DNA of 64,000 bases from Amoebophrya sp. A120. Lineage: Eukaryota; Protista; Dinoflagellata. Under the pieces are notes generated by a model. It saw only the letters and a list, made by a program, of their open reading frames with translations, had not been told where the DNA came from and made no database searches. Position 1 is the stretch's first letter. Each line of letters starts with the position of its first letter. This document shows, piece after piece, positions 37,204 through 47,396 of the stretch. Location: contig CAJINV010000001.1 of NCBI GenBank assembly GCA_905178155.1, positions 11,169,009 through 11,233,008 of the forward strand, written 5' to 3'. Both the position numbers and the translations under genes were made by a program.

Positions 37204-40200
37204 GGTATCCACCTCCGATGAGTCCCATGTGCGCGGCCGCATTGCGGCGCCGCTCCTCTCTTCGAGAACAAGCGAAGTTGCAGTCGACTACAATGAACAA
37301 AGGCAAAAGAACGCATCATCGCCGCCCAATCTTCCGGGAAGCAGTAGATCTGACGAACACCGTAATTATCCAAAGTCGCGCACTTCAGCTACGTCAGCAA
37401 CAGGAGCGCCTTCATCCACCGCCCCTACCACCACAGGTTGCGTCTGCGAGACGAGTCCCGTTTTGATCGGTTGCGGACTCGTGAACGGCATTTTGAACAA
37501 TGCGAGTTTTTGCGTTTTGCTCGGCGCGTCGCAGAAGATGGCGAGCGATTTCATGGAAATCGACAAAGTGTCGCTCCTCACCTGTTTGTCCACCGTGGGT
37601 TGCCTGATCGGCATTCTGACGAATGCCAAACTCTGTGTGGGTACCTGCAGCGAGAAGTTCCGGTTGTTGCTGCTGCTGACGCTGGTCACCACCGGCTATG
37701 TTATGATCATCATTGCCTACACCGCGTTACTGGGCCACTCCGCTGGGTTCTACCTGTGCGTGCTGGGTGCCGCAATCCTTGGTGGTGCGCAGGCGGCGGG
37801 GGAAGTACTGAATCTAACTTTGTGCATATGGAAAGAAAAAAGTTTGTCACAGTCACTAACTTGCAGGTTTTGCATTACAAATTTTTTTGGCATCACAAGT
37901 TTTCCTAGTATTGCAGAAACACTAGGGAAATCCCCTATGAAGCTTGGCTGTCATGCATTTTTACGCATGACAGCCAATTTTGTATTGCAAAAATGCGCAT
38001 GAGTAATCGTGACGAACTTTTTTTGTTTGATAGTGCAAGAGCTTTGTTCCGGGAATGCTCTCCAGCTGGGGCGCGGGGACGGGGTTGTCCGGAATCTTTG
38101 GTTATGCATTGCAAATATGTCTGGGTCTGGAAGGTGGTAACCTGTGATGCTGTCTTCGGATTCCAAAAAGATCTGCATTGCACCACCAGCAGGAGGAGTC
38201 CAGTTTGTGCTACGCGGGGAGGGCATTTCTCATGCGGTATAGGCATCCCATCAGAAAGCCCTCACAAAATCTATGATGCCAGGGCATGCATCACAGACAT
38301 CAGTACGCATGCAAAATGTGCATGACAAACACGGCAACATTCCAGACCCAGACACTTTTGCATTTGATATTGATCCGACGATCTACTTGCTTCTGACTTC
38401 CGGCTGCGGGTTAAACACGGGGGAGACCGCGTTCGTGTTAATTGCGTCACTTCCACTCTACTTTCTCTGTTTCTACACGGTGGTCGAGAAGCGGGACGCC
38501 CAGCTCGAGTTGCAGCAGTACCGGGACAGAAGGTCCTCTGGCCGGGAGCATATACCCGCACCACGACCACAGGAGCAGCTCCTCGAGGACAACTATCCAA
38601 TTGCGATCGAAACTGTCGCAGCAGAGGTGGAAACCATGCCAGGACCGCACCAGCAAGAGTCTTCTAGTACAGATACAGGAGGAAGTACAACAACTTCAGG
38701 CTCCTCGTCGTCGTCGAGTAACCATGAGCCTGAGCAGGCCCACGCCGCGACAGTAGAAGGATCATCTGCTGGGACGACTGCAAATGTGGTGGAGGTAGCT
38801 GCAGCCACGACCTCCGCTTTAGTACCAGCAGTGGCTGCTCCTCCTGAATGCTCTTCATCAAGGCGATCTACTTGCGAAGGAGGAACCGATGATGTCGCTC
38901 CAGTAAGCCTCAACCGTACCAGCAGGACCAGAACTGTTTCATCTGCGATAATTATCTCCTCACCCAGAACGCCTTCCCCCATCACCTCACGGCCGCCCGG
39001 GCGTACCTCTTCGAAGCCCGAGTTTATGTCACCCCAGCGAGCGGCTTTTGACGAGGACGAGGCCGAGGTCCAGCCCCTCCCGCTCACTTTGGAGAACTTC
39101 AAAAGCGTGATGCGCGGGCGGTGTCGCTTGATCATGGCGAACATGGTAGCGGTTTATTCGCTATCAACTGCAAAAGTATCGTACTAGTAGTAATTGCATT
39201 ACAAATTATTGCCTCAGCATGACAAATGGAATTTGTCATGCTGTTTTATCTTGGAAAGGATATTTGTCATGCATAGCTGCAATTGGTACGAGTGCGATAC
39301 AACTTTTGCACAGAATATTCGCTGGAGTACCTGATCATGTCCGGATTCGTGGATCGCGTCACCCTGTTATGCATTGCAGATATGTCTGGGTCTGGGGGGT
39401 GACGACTTGTTATGCTGTCTTTGGATTCTAAAAAAATGTGTATTGCATGACCAGCAAGAGGGAGCCAGTTTGTGCTGCGCGGGGAGGGCATTTCTCATGC
39501 GGGATAGGCATCCGCAAGCTCTCTAAAAATCTGTGATGCTAGGGCAACGCCACAGGCATCAGGGGTCATGTAAAATGTGCCTGAAAAACCTTTCATTCTT
39601 CCAGACCCAGACATATTTGCAATCGATACCTGTGCCCCACCGACAACACCTTTCTCGCGACCAACGCCTTCACCGTGTTCTGGACGCTTTACAACGTCGG
39701 CGTCACCTATGGATGTGTCAGAGTTGAAATCCTCGACAAAGTTGAAATAATTTGTCATGCACATGCAGAAAACGGATACCGCCTGCAGTTTGTAGTCGGT
39801 GCATGACAAATTGTCCCGGTCCTGGAAGCGAGTCTGTCATGCGGTTTAGGGCAAAAGGAAAAGACCTGCCTTCTGGCATGCAAGTCAGCAGTCCAACTCC
39901 TGACCCTTACCAGGACTATAATCTGCCTCCCTTGCGTCCTCCGCAATAGAGTCACCTTTTGTATCGCATTTTATGCATTACAAGTCATTTCAACTTTGTC
40001 GATTTCAACTCTGACGCATCCATATCACCCTCTCGCGCGCCTCGGTCGCGCTCTTCCGCATCCAGAAGGTGTACTATCAAGAAGAAAAATCCCCCCTCCC
40101 CATATTGAAAAGGTATGTCGCCGAAAATTTGTGTTGCTGATTTGAGGTCACAATTCACATCTGTCTTGCAAAGAAACAACGGTAGAAGCTTCCGCCATAT

Positions 40201-40746
40201 TATGGAAGCGATTTGTCATGCTGTTGGGCCTAAAGGGGAGCCGTTTGTCATGCTGAACAACTAGACCCATACGCCCCCACTTAGCCTGGGGATCTGGCTG
40301 CAATGGCTCCATGCAATACAGGGCTGATTTGTGTACACAAGTCCAGCATTAGAAGTTCCGCTTTGATATGGGGAGGGGGGACTTTTCCTTTCGATATGTA
40401 CCTGCTCACCTTCACGCAACTGGTAAACTGCCTGCTCTGGGGCACGGAGGTGTTCGCAAAGGTGCACCGACAGCTGGCTGAGAACGATCTCGGGTACTAC
40501 ATTATGGCCGTGCACATCGTTTTCGTCGGCTTCATGGGCGGTGCCTGCTACAGCAACTGCATGTACTTGTTCAACACGTCGCCGGACATCCCAGCGGAGT
40601 ACCGGGAGCTTGGCCTGAATATCGGCTTTTTGTTTAGCAACGTCGGAATAATCACGGCGACGCTGCTCGCTCTCCTCCTTGACGCTACGGTAATGAGCAA
40701 AGAAAACCTGTTTCCGCCTGATGGCACATGTCCACAATCATTTTGA
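37202..40746 (+). CDS. CLN3: CLN3/battenin (BTN1) family lysosomal/vacuolar membrane protein, 7 exons (37202-37826, 38038-38102, 38375-39161, 39323-39367, 39634-39707, 40030-40074, 40402-40746; ~661 aa)
   Basis: Removing six TIR elements yields GILNNASFCVLLGAS, GEV.NL.LC, SSWGAGTGLSGIFG, VYSLEYLIMSG, YNVGVTLSRAS, GFMGGACYSN and YRELGL, all CLN3-type motifs, in a single frame (1986 nt). Confidence 0.88.
37827..38032. mobile_element. TIR introner-like element (family F), 206 bp, direct repeat GTGCA
   Basis: TATGGAAAGAAAAAAGTTTGTCAC ... GTGACGAACTTTTTTTGTTTGATA, imperfect arms of ~57 nt; GTGCA at 37822-37826 and 38033-38037. Confidence 0.88.
38103..38369. mobile_element. TIR introner-like element (family A), 267 bp, direct repeat TTGGT/TTGAT
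   Basis: TATGCATTGCAAATATGTCTGGGTCTGGAA ... TTCCAGACCCAGACACTTTTGCATTTGATA; removal gives SGIFG-PTIYLLL. Confidence 0.92.
39162..39317. mobile_element. TIR introner-like element (family B), 156 bp, direct repeat TTCGC
   Basis: TATCAACTGCAAAAGTATCGTACTAGTA ... TACGAGTGCGATACAACTTTTGCACAGAATA; TTCGC at 39157-39161 and 39318-39322; removal gives VYS-LEYLIMSG. Confidence 0.9.
39368..39628. mobile_element. TIR introner-like element (family A), 261 bp, direct repeat CCTGT
   Basis: TATGCATTGCAGATATGTCTGGGTCTGG ... CCAGACCCAGACATATTTGCAATCGATA; CCTGT at 39363-39367 and 39629-39633; colinear with the 38103 copy. Confidence 0.92.
39708..40024. mobile_element. TIR introner-like element (family C), 317 bp, direct repeat TCACC
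   Basis: TATGGATGTGTCAGAGTTGAAATCCTCGACAAAGTTGAAAT ... ATTTCAACTTTGTCGATTTCAACTCTGACGCATCCATA; TCACC at 39703-39707 and 40025-40029. Confidence 0.92.
40075..40396. mobile_element. TIR introner-like element (family D), 322 bp, direct repeat TGTAC, inverted relative to the 30085 copy
   Basis: TATCAAGAAGAAAAATCCCCCCTCCCCATAT ... ATATGGGGAGGGGGGACTTTTCCTTTCGATA; TGTAC at 40070-40074 and 40397-40401; removal gives IQKVY-LLTFTQ. Confidence 0.92.
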
Positions 40747-41506
40747 AAGGCCTCACTGGTAAAGTAGGGACAACGTCAACAAGAAGAGAAGTTCTAAGCA
40801 CGTTCGTAGTTGTGCTGGAAGGACATGCATTCCATGTCGAGGATGATTTTTACATAAACGTCAACTATTCAATATCTTTACATGAAGATGAACTCCATGA
40901 CCATGTCATCTTTAAGTCTAGCCATACATCAAAAATCGAGCTGCAGAAAGGAAGGGGGAAGGCGATTCTGATTCCACTTGACTTTTATACGCGTCAGAAA
41001 GAAAAAATGGTTGTTCCAGCGGGAAACAGCCACGACCGCGCAGCGTGTGCGTAGCTAGCAGCAGCATGCCATGTTCTCGTCGCAGAAGCGAGGCTGAAAA
41101 ATCCTGAAACAGTATTTTTTTTTCTTTCGGCGACCTATTTGACGCGTCCTCGTGCGACGTTTTTATTGTTGCAGCTTCGAGGTCTAGATCCCGATTCCCA
41201 TGAGACGATCCTCCTGGAGTAACTTGAGTCCATAGACCAAGATCTGGATTTTGTTTTTTTTTTCTTTGTCTATGAGATGAATGCCAGGTTGCCTAGGGCC
41301 AGGTGCGACTTACTTCATTTTTGATTTCTTCGTGGTCGATTTTTTTACTTCATTTTTGACTTCCGTGGTGTGGGTGCGGTCATGAGCTTGAGGGCAGCTA
41401 GTTCCTAGCCTCCTTACATCAATTTAAATATCTATCACCGCGACTGCACAGCAGAGTAAGACTTTTTCTTTTCTTTGCTTAATCGAGACGGAAGTTTGCA
41501 AAATAG

Positions 41507-42644
41507 ATGTCGTCTTCATCGTCGTCCTCCACACTTGTGGACTTGCTTCTCACCGTACCCTTGACCAATGGGTCGCGGGTGGATGTGGACGGCATGAACA
41601 AGTTCATAAAGCACGCGATCATTCGCGAAAAGTCGTTGAAAATAGTGCAGTATTCGACGCGGATCATCGGTTTTTACGCCCGGCAGCGAAAGCTGACAGC
41701 TGTGGATAAACATTTCACCGGGATATCGAAGCAGCTTTCTCTTGCGCGGCGGTGCTTCAAGTTTCTACGCTGGTTCAAGCACTTTCTGGACTACAGGGAC
41801 GCCGTCATGATGCCCGCCCCGGTGAGAAATTTTTTTGGCTGCTGTGCTGTCGTAAGGTGGAAATAGCAACAGATAATATCGCCTGTCCTCTTCTTGATCC
41901 TAGTGATAGACGTAGATCATGACCATGCGGTGCGAGGAGAGCGACCAAAACTAATCTTGTATTTCGCATCTGTAGTCGTTGCACGTGGGACCTGGTGTAG
42001 AAGTTCATGAAGTCCTCGTACAAAGAAAATCGAAATTAACTATACACAGGTGAAGCACCTCTTCCTGGCCGAATTTTGGCTAAATCTTGTTGCTGATCTG
42101 GCAGAGGACCTGACAAGCTTGCAAAAGCTGAAAATCATTCCTGCGCACTGGTTGCCAGACGCAACAGAGCTGTATGCAAACTACTGCCAGCTGCCCCTGG
42201 CTTTTGTGGAAGTCGCGGTACACTAAACAGATTTCCAGATTTTTTTCACCATGGTTGTGTATGCGCTCCAACGAACTTCCACGGCGTTGATTTTATTTGC
42301 AGATGAGTCAGAAGATATGTTTACACATTCGAGGGGTAATGCTTATAGTGGATACCCAATGACATCATCATATTAATTGACAGGTGAGCGTGCTGAAGCG
42401 ACAAATGGTTGACAGCAGCATTAACCCGCTTAAAGCGACCATGGCAAATCTCGAAATCTTTAAATACCTGTGCGACATCGGCAAAGGCGTTTACGATTGC
42501 GAGTTTTCCTTTGCAAGGGAAGACGTCTTTCTCTGGAGTGGTCTAATTGCAGGAATTCTGACAACGCACAAAAATGTCGTCAAAGCCGTGGGGGTGAAAA
42601 AACTACCGGCTTTGACGGCAAGTGGAGGCTCGGCGAAAGGCTGA
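41507..42644 (+). CDS. PEX11: Peroxisomal biogenesis factor 11, 3 exons (41507-41821, 42050-42217, 42384-42644; ~247 aa)
   Basis: PEX11-type motifs REKSLKIVQYSTR and LSLARRCFKFLRW, and C-terminal KYLCD...SGLIAGIL; two GT-AG introns (41822-42049, 42218-42383) keep the frame. Confidence 0.8.
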
Positions 42645-43025
42645 CAATGCATCTTAAGAGAAGTCACACTTCCTCCAGAATTCTCTACTTCGAAACTGAA
42701 GAAACAAAGACAAAGACACAGTACACACCTCCAGCCCAACGAACATAATGAAGGACATGAAGTTCCTGTTCCGTAGCTCATTCTTATTCATACAAATCTA
42801 AAGCCTAAAGGACGTTAAGGTTATATAACGATGAGGAAACGCAAAGCCCCTGAAGATAATCGCAATTTTCAAAGAGCGGAGCGCGACCGCGAGCGAGGAT
42901 GGTGGTGCACACCTAGTCCTAAAGCTGCATCGATGTCATCTTGATAAAACTGCCGACTGCGACCGCCGTGAGGGTGAAAAACCTGGCAAGCAAAGTTGTT
43001 AGATTTGCGTGCATGTATTGACAAG

Positions 43026-45635
43026 ATGATGCCGCTCTCGGGAGCAAGAGTGATCTTGTGGTTCCTCACCTCATCGACATCCCGCCTTCTTGGTATGGTA
43101 CCACTGCTCTTGTCGTCAGTTTACGGCTCCAAACGTACCGCCAATCCGGCTTCCCAACAAGCGCCCTCTTGCGTTTTTGATCCGTTTTGGGAACCGGAGG
43201 TCCGGGAATATAATTTCGCGCAAATACCTCCTTCGACGACAAAGGGACCAACGGTCTCCAGCGCCGCAAGAAATATAGGCGCAGCACCAGCACTATCTCC
43301 CTTTTCAAGTCACGCCAAAAAAACGATCAACGAACAGGAGCAGAACGACCCGGAGGGCCAGCTGCCGAGTTTTTCCAAAGACAGCCTTTCCTTCGATCGT
43401 GTGGTCGACCTGGCGATCCAGGGTCAGCCCTTCATCGTCCGCCAAACATCCGGTTCGACGTCTCCTTCCGGCACATATAATCAGGTGGCAGATCATCTTG
43501 ATCTTGATCTAGATAAAGACAAAATGCTAAAACCGGCAACATCCACCTCCTTGTCCTGGCCTTTCCAAAATTGGACGTGCGCGGATTTCGCAAAGTCCTA
43601 CCCCGACGCCGAGGCACGCGACGAGCTGGACCACCAGACGCGCTTCGCGATCAAGGATCTCGACGGTGCCGCGGCGAGAAACCCGACGCGGTTCCGACCC
43701 GTGCCCGTGCATCATGCTGCTTCCGGCATTCAGGAAACCAGCAACGCGCCCATCCGCTGGCCGGCCCACATTGAGCCGGATCTCGCGGTGAGACAGAAAC
43801 TGAGGGAGCAGTTCCAACGACAATCGAACTATCCGAGTTGGTTGCAGCTTTCATCAGTAGTAGATCGGGATCGTGTCGAGCTGTTGAATCAAAACCATAC
43901 AGCCGCGATCGCCGAAAACCAGAACAGCATCGCAGACACGTTTGAGCTGTGGTTCTCCCCGCCGGGCGGGACTGCGGTGCACGCGCATGCCGACGGGTAC
44001 TGCAGTCTGACCGGTTCTATCCAAATCCGGGGCCGAAAACAATGGCGGGGCATGATGTACCCCGCGGGCGATAGCATTGAGCACCGGTTTAACGTCTTCG
44101 AAAAGGGGATATACCGTGTCGGAAGCACGCCGGGGTGGGAAGCTGGCGTTGTGCCGGGAACGTCCAGCAGCGCAGCCAGGCGGCAACAAACAGTTGCAGA
44201 CCACTTTGCGCACGCTGACGCGGAAAAGCGAAGACAAAGAGAAAAAGCATCACAGAAATCGAAAATAGAGGTACACGTTGCCACCGAAGTCGAAATTGAC
44301 GACGAAGAAGATGACGTGGAGAAAATCATCGAGGACGACGAGAACAATCTTTCTACAAAACCTCGCAGAGGAGCGTCGACTACCTCCGATCGGAAAATAC
44401 TGGCAACTGCCGAACGAAAAACATCAAAAGAAGGAGCATCTTCTTCAACATCTTCACTGTTGCGCTCGAGCTTGTGGCAACCAGAAACCGATTTCGTACT
44501 TGGTCCCGGCGACATGTTCTTTTTTCCTCCCGGGTACGTACACGAAACCTATGTGGCACCCTCGTTGGGATCATCACTGCAGGACCAGTGTGCCATCGCA
44601 TCCACGTTTCAGTTGTCACTCCCCGCACCTACAAAGTACCTCCGGTCCTTCTTTCCCCGGTTGACCAACTCGCACTTGCAGTACGGTCGAGAGGACCAGA
44701 TGTTGAAAAATGCCACGTGTGTCCCGGATAAGTTTCTGGATTACATTTTCTTTGACCAGGAGAAGAAACCGCAACCTTTCCCCGTGCTGGATACCAGAGT
44801 TTGGGAGCGACAGACGAAGGAGATCTGGAGGAAGGTGAAAGTGTTCAGTCGCAGAAATGAAGGCTATATATACGACGACATCAGTGCGGCTGACAGCAAA
44901 ACTACTAGTCGTGGGAGCACTTCTTCTCCCGGAGGTGGTCCGACGGCGACCGATGAGTTCCTTCATAAGTACCTCTCTAAAGACGAGCTGTTGATTTTCC
45001 TGCAGATGAAGCTATCCAAGAAAAAACACCCATCCCCATCCATTTTTTGCATAACAAATTGTGGACTTTATGCATGTTTCGCATGACAAATTGGATGGGG
45101 ATGGGTCTTTTTTCCTGGATAGAAGCGAGCGGCGGACTCCGGCGGGGGGCCCACGAGCTTCTTCCGCAAGGCGGACCAGCTGGTCACGAAGCCCGAAGTG
45201 CAGTTGAAAATCAACAAACGAGAGACACGGCCCGTCGCGGAGTACCGTGCCCAGGTTCTGCGGATGCGGATGCTAGAGCTCTTCGGTTGGCACGACCGGG
45301 ACGAGGACGACCGCATTTCGCTGCAAGAAGTGTTTGAAAGCGTGGCGCAGGCGCATGTTCTGATGCACCGCCAAACGCGCATGGGCGACCTGCTGAAGAA
45401 AGAGCGGGAGATCAATTCCGGAGTGGTGGCATCGTGGTTGGTACGGAAGTGGAAAGCGCTGGACGACCAGCTGTACGGAAAATTCCGGCGGAAGGGCGTT
45501 CCGATCCCAGTCGCTTTCTTGACGGGGGAGGACGAGCAGCCACAAGAACCGCCCGTGGGATTCGACAGGAAACCAAAGCGAAGAAGTGATCGATATTACC
45601 GAAAACACGACGTCCGCTATTTTGGCGAGTTGTAA
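43026..45635 (+). CDS. JmjC/cupin-like Fe(II)/2-oxoglutarate dioxygenase with a C-terminal EF-hand-like motif, 2 exons (43026-45012, 45127-45635; ~831 aa)
   Basis: LWFSPPGGTAVHAHAD (HxD), QIRGRKQW and LGPGDMFFFPPGYVHET (distal His); DRDEDDRISLQE loop in exon 2; hydrophobic N-terminus; exons joined by removing a TIR element. Start codon uncertain. Confidence 0.8.
45013..45121. mobile_element. TIR introner-like element (family D-related), 109 bp, direct repeat GAAGC
   Basis: TATCCAAGAAAAAACACCCATCCCCATCCA ... TGGATGGGGATGGGTCTTTTTTCCTGGATA; GAAGC at 45008-45012 and 45122-45126; removal gives LQMK-RAADSGGG...EVQLKINK. Confidence 0.92.
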
Positions 45636-46415
45636 AGACGACGACGAGACATGACTCGTCGAAAAAGAAAACGCATATACAAACCTAGCTGTGTATATCA
45701 TCGTGTGGATATGTGGTAATGCTGAAGCAGCACAAGTAAGACTGAAAAAGAAAGACGTGTTCTTCGTGCGTGTAGTAGTTAAAGTCCCACTCGGAGGTCG
45801 CAGCACGGCATAAGTAGCAGTAGGTTCTTCTTTTAAGACTAACAAACGGAAACGAAGCAAGTATGTTGACAACAATTATTAAACGCGATTTCGATCGTGA
45901 CTCGAAGCCGCAAGAAGCTTAAACCAGAAAAAAAAACTACTTATGCTCAAGCCTTTGTGTCCGAGTGAGATGAGATTGAGACAGCCTTTAACTAGAGATT
46001 CGTGTGGAGGAGAGTGAGAGAAGGAGCTAGTCGCACAGGAAAGAGCGTTCCGAAACCTCCGCGAAGGTTGATGAGAGAAAACCCAGTAACTACTTCTACC
46101 TGGTCGTACTACTTAATTTCGTCGAATCTGCTTAGCTATCAACCTTGTTGCGTCTGTTGTCAAGCAACTTCACACAAACTTCATATGTATTTCGTTTTGA
46201 ACATTTTCATTGCGCAGGGCGCTGGCACGGTCATTGATGCTGGAGCAGTACTACTTAATTCGTTCGCGCGAAAAAGAAATAAGATTTTTTTTCAATTTTT
46301 CGACTCGCAACTATTGAATTATCGCCATAAATTTTAGGCACGGAAATTCGTGCGTTTCTTTTTGTTCCTACTGTACCATTTCATCTGTTTCTTGAGAATA
46401 CAAAACCCGTTCAAG

Positions 46416-47396
46416 ATGCCGGCTTCACCGCAGGTGACGAAGATGAGCCAGAAGTATGCTCACGACATGAACGCGATGACCCTGTTCGAAGTCAAAGATC
46501 CGCTTGGCTTCGATGAAATCCGTACTATGTTCTAGTTTTGCAATTTCTGCGCATTATTTTACCCGTTTTTTCGTGTTTCGCTTCCGATAAAATACATGCA
46601 GCTTTGGTTACGACTAGCACCAGGCAGCTGTAGTAGAAGACGCAGATGAAGTTGATGATGATGTAAGTCTAAGTAACTATCTGTGTGTACTTAAACAAAC
46701 TGTATCGATCTATCAAACACAGAAATCTCCGAATACGCTGCGTCCTTCCGGCTGAGCGACGTGGTCGGAGACGGTATGATCACCTACAGTGAGCTACCCC
46801 GGGTGCTCGCGCGGGTTGGCGAGTTCCCTTCGGAGCAGACGCTGGAAAAGATCATGAACAACGATATTGACCCGGAGGGCGAGGGGCTGTACGACTTTCA
46901 AACGTTCCTCAAGTTGATGAAGCACTTCCATCACGAGCCGGCCACGGCGCAAGTCTTGCTGGAAGCCTTCAAACTATTCGACCAGGATCAGAGCGGTAAG
47001 TATGAATTCCACTCGATTAACTATCTTTTCTTGTTCGAGATGAGTGCGAAGCTCGAGAATTCTATGCTGTGTCATGTGAGCTAGAGCTTCATGTTCCTGT
47101 TGTGCTTGATTGTGCAGGTTGTAGAAGCACGACGTGGTCATGCCAGAAGCATTCATCGTACATGGCATCTGATGAAACATCAAGAAGAAGAACCACAAAG
47201 AAAGTCAAATGGCAAATTACTCACATCAACGTCAACAGGTACGGTCGAGGCAGGTGAGCTGAAGCACTGCTTGTCGGCACTCGGGGACAAAATGAGTGAC
47301 GCAGAGGCAGAGGAAATGATTGCCATGGCGGATAAGAACGATAACGGACACATCTCGTACGACGAGTTCTTGGACTTCATCGGCACGATGTACTAG
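46416..47396 (+). CDS. Calmodulin/centrin-like four-EF-hand protein, 3 exons (46416-46521, 46723-46995, 47239-47396; ~178 aa)
   Basis: EF loops DVVGDGMITYSE, DPEGEGLYDFQT, DQDQSGTVEAGE and DKNDNGHISYDE; GT-AG introns 46522-46722 and 46996-47238 in frame. Confidence 0.85.

Noticed and set aside
15892-39628. Recurring peptides (KMSGSG, PDPDIF, YVWVWK) in the ORF track as a protein repeat family
   Set aside because: They are translations of the family-A TIR in different frames, not protein domains.
37202-40746. CLN3 and the other interrupted genes as pseudogenes
   Set aside because: Every disruption coincides exactly with a TIR element, and the remaining exons have no stops or frameshifts and keep conserved motifs.
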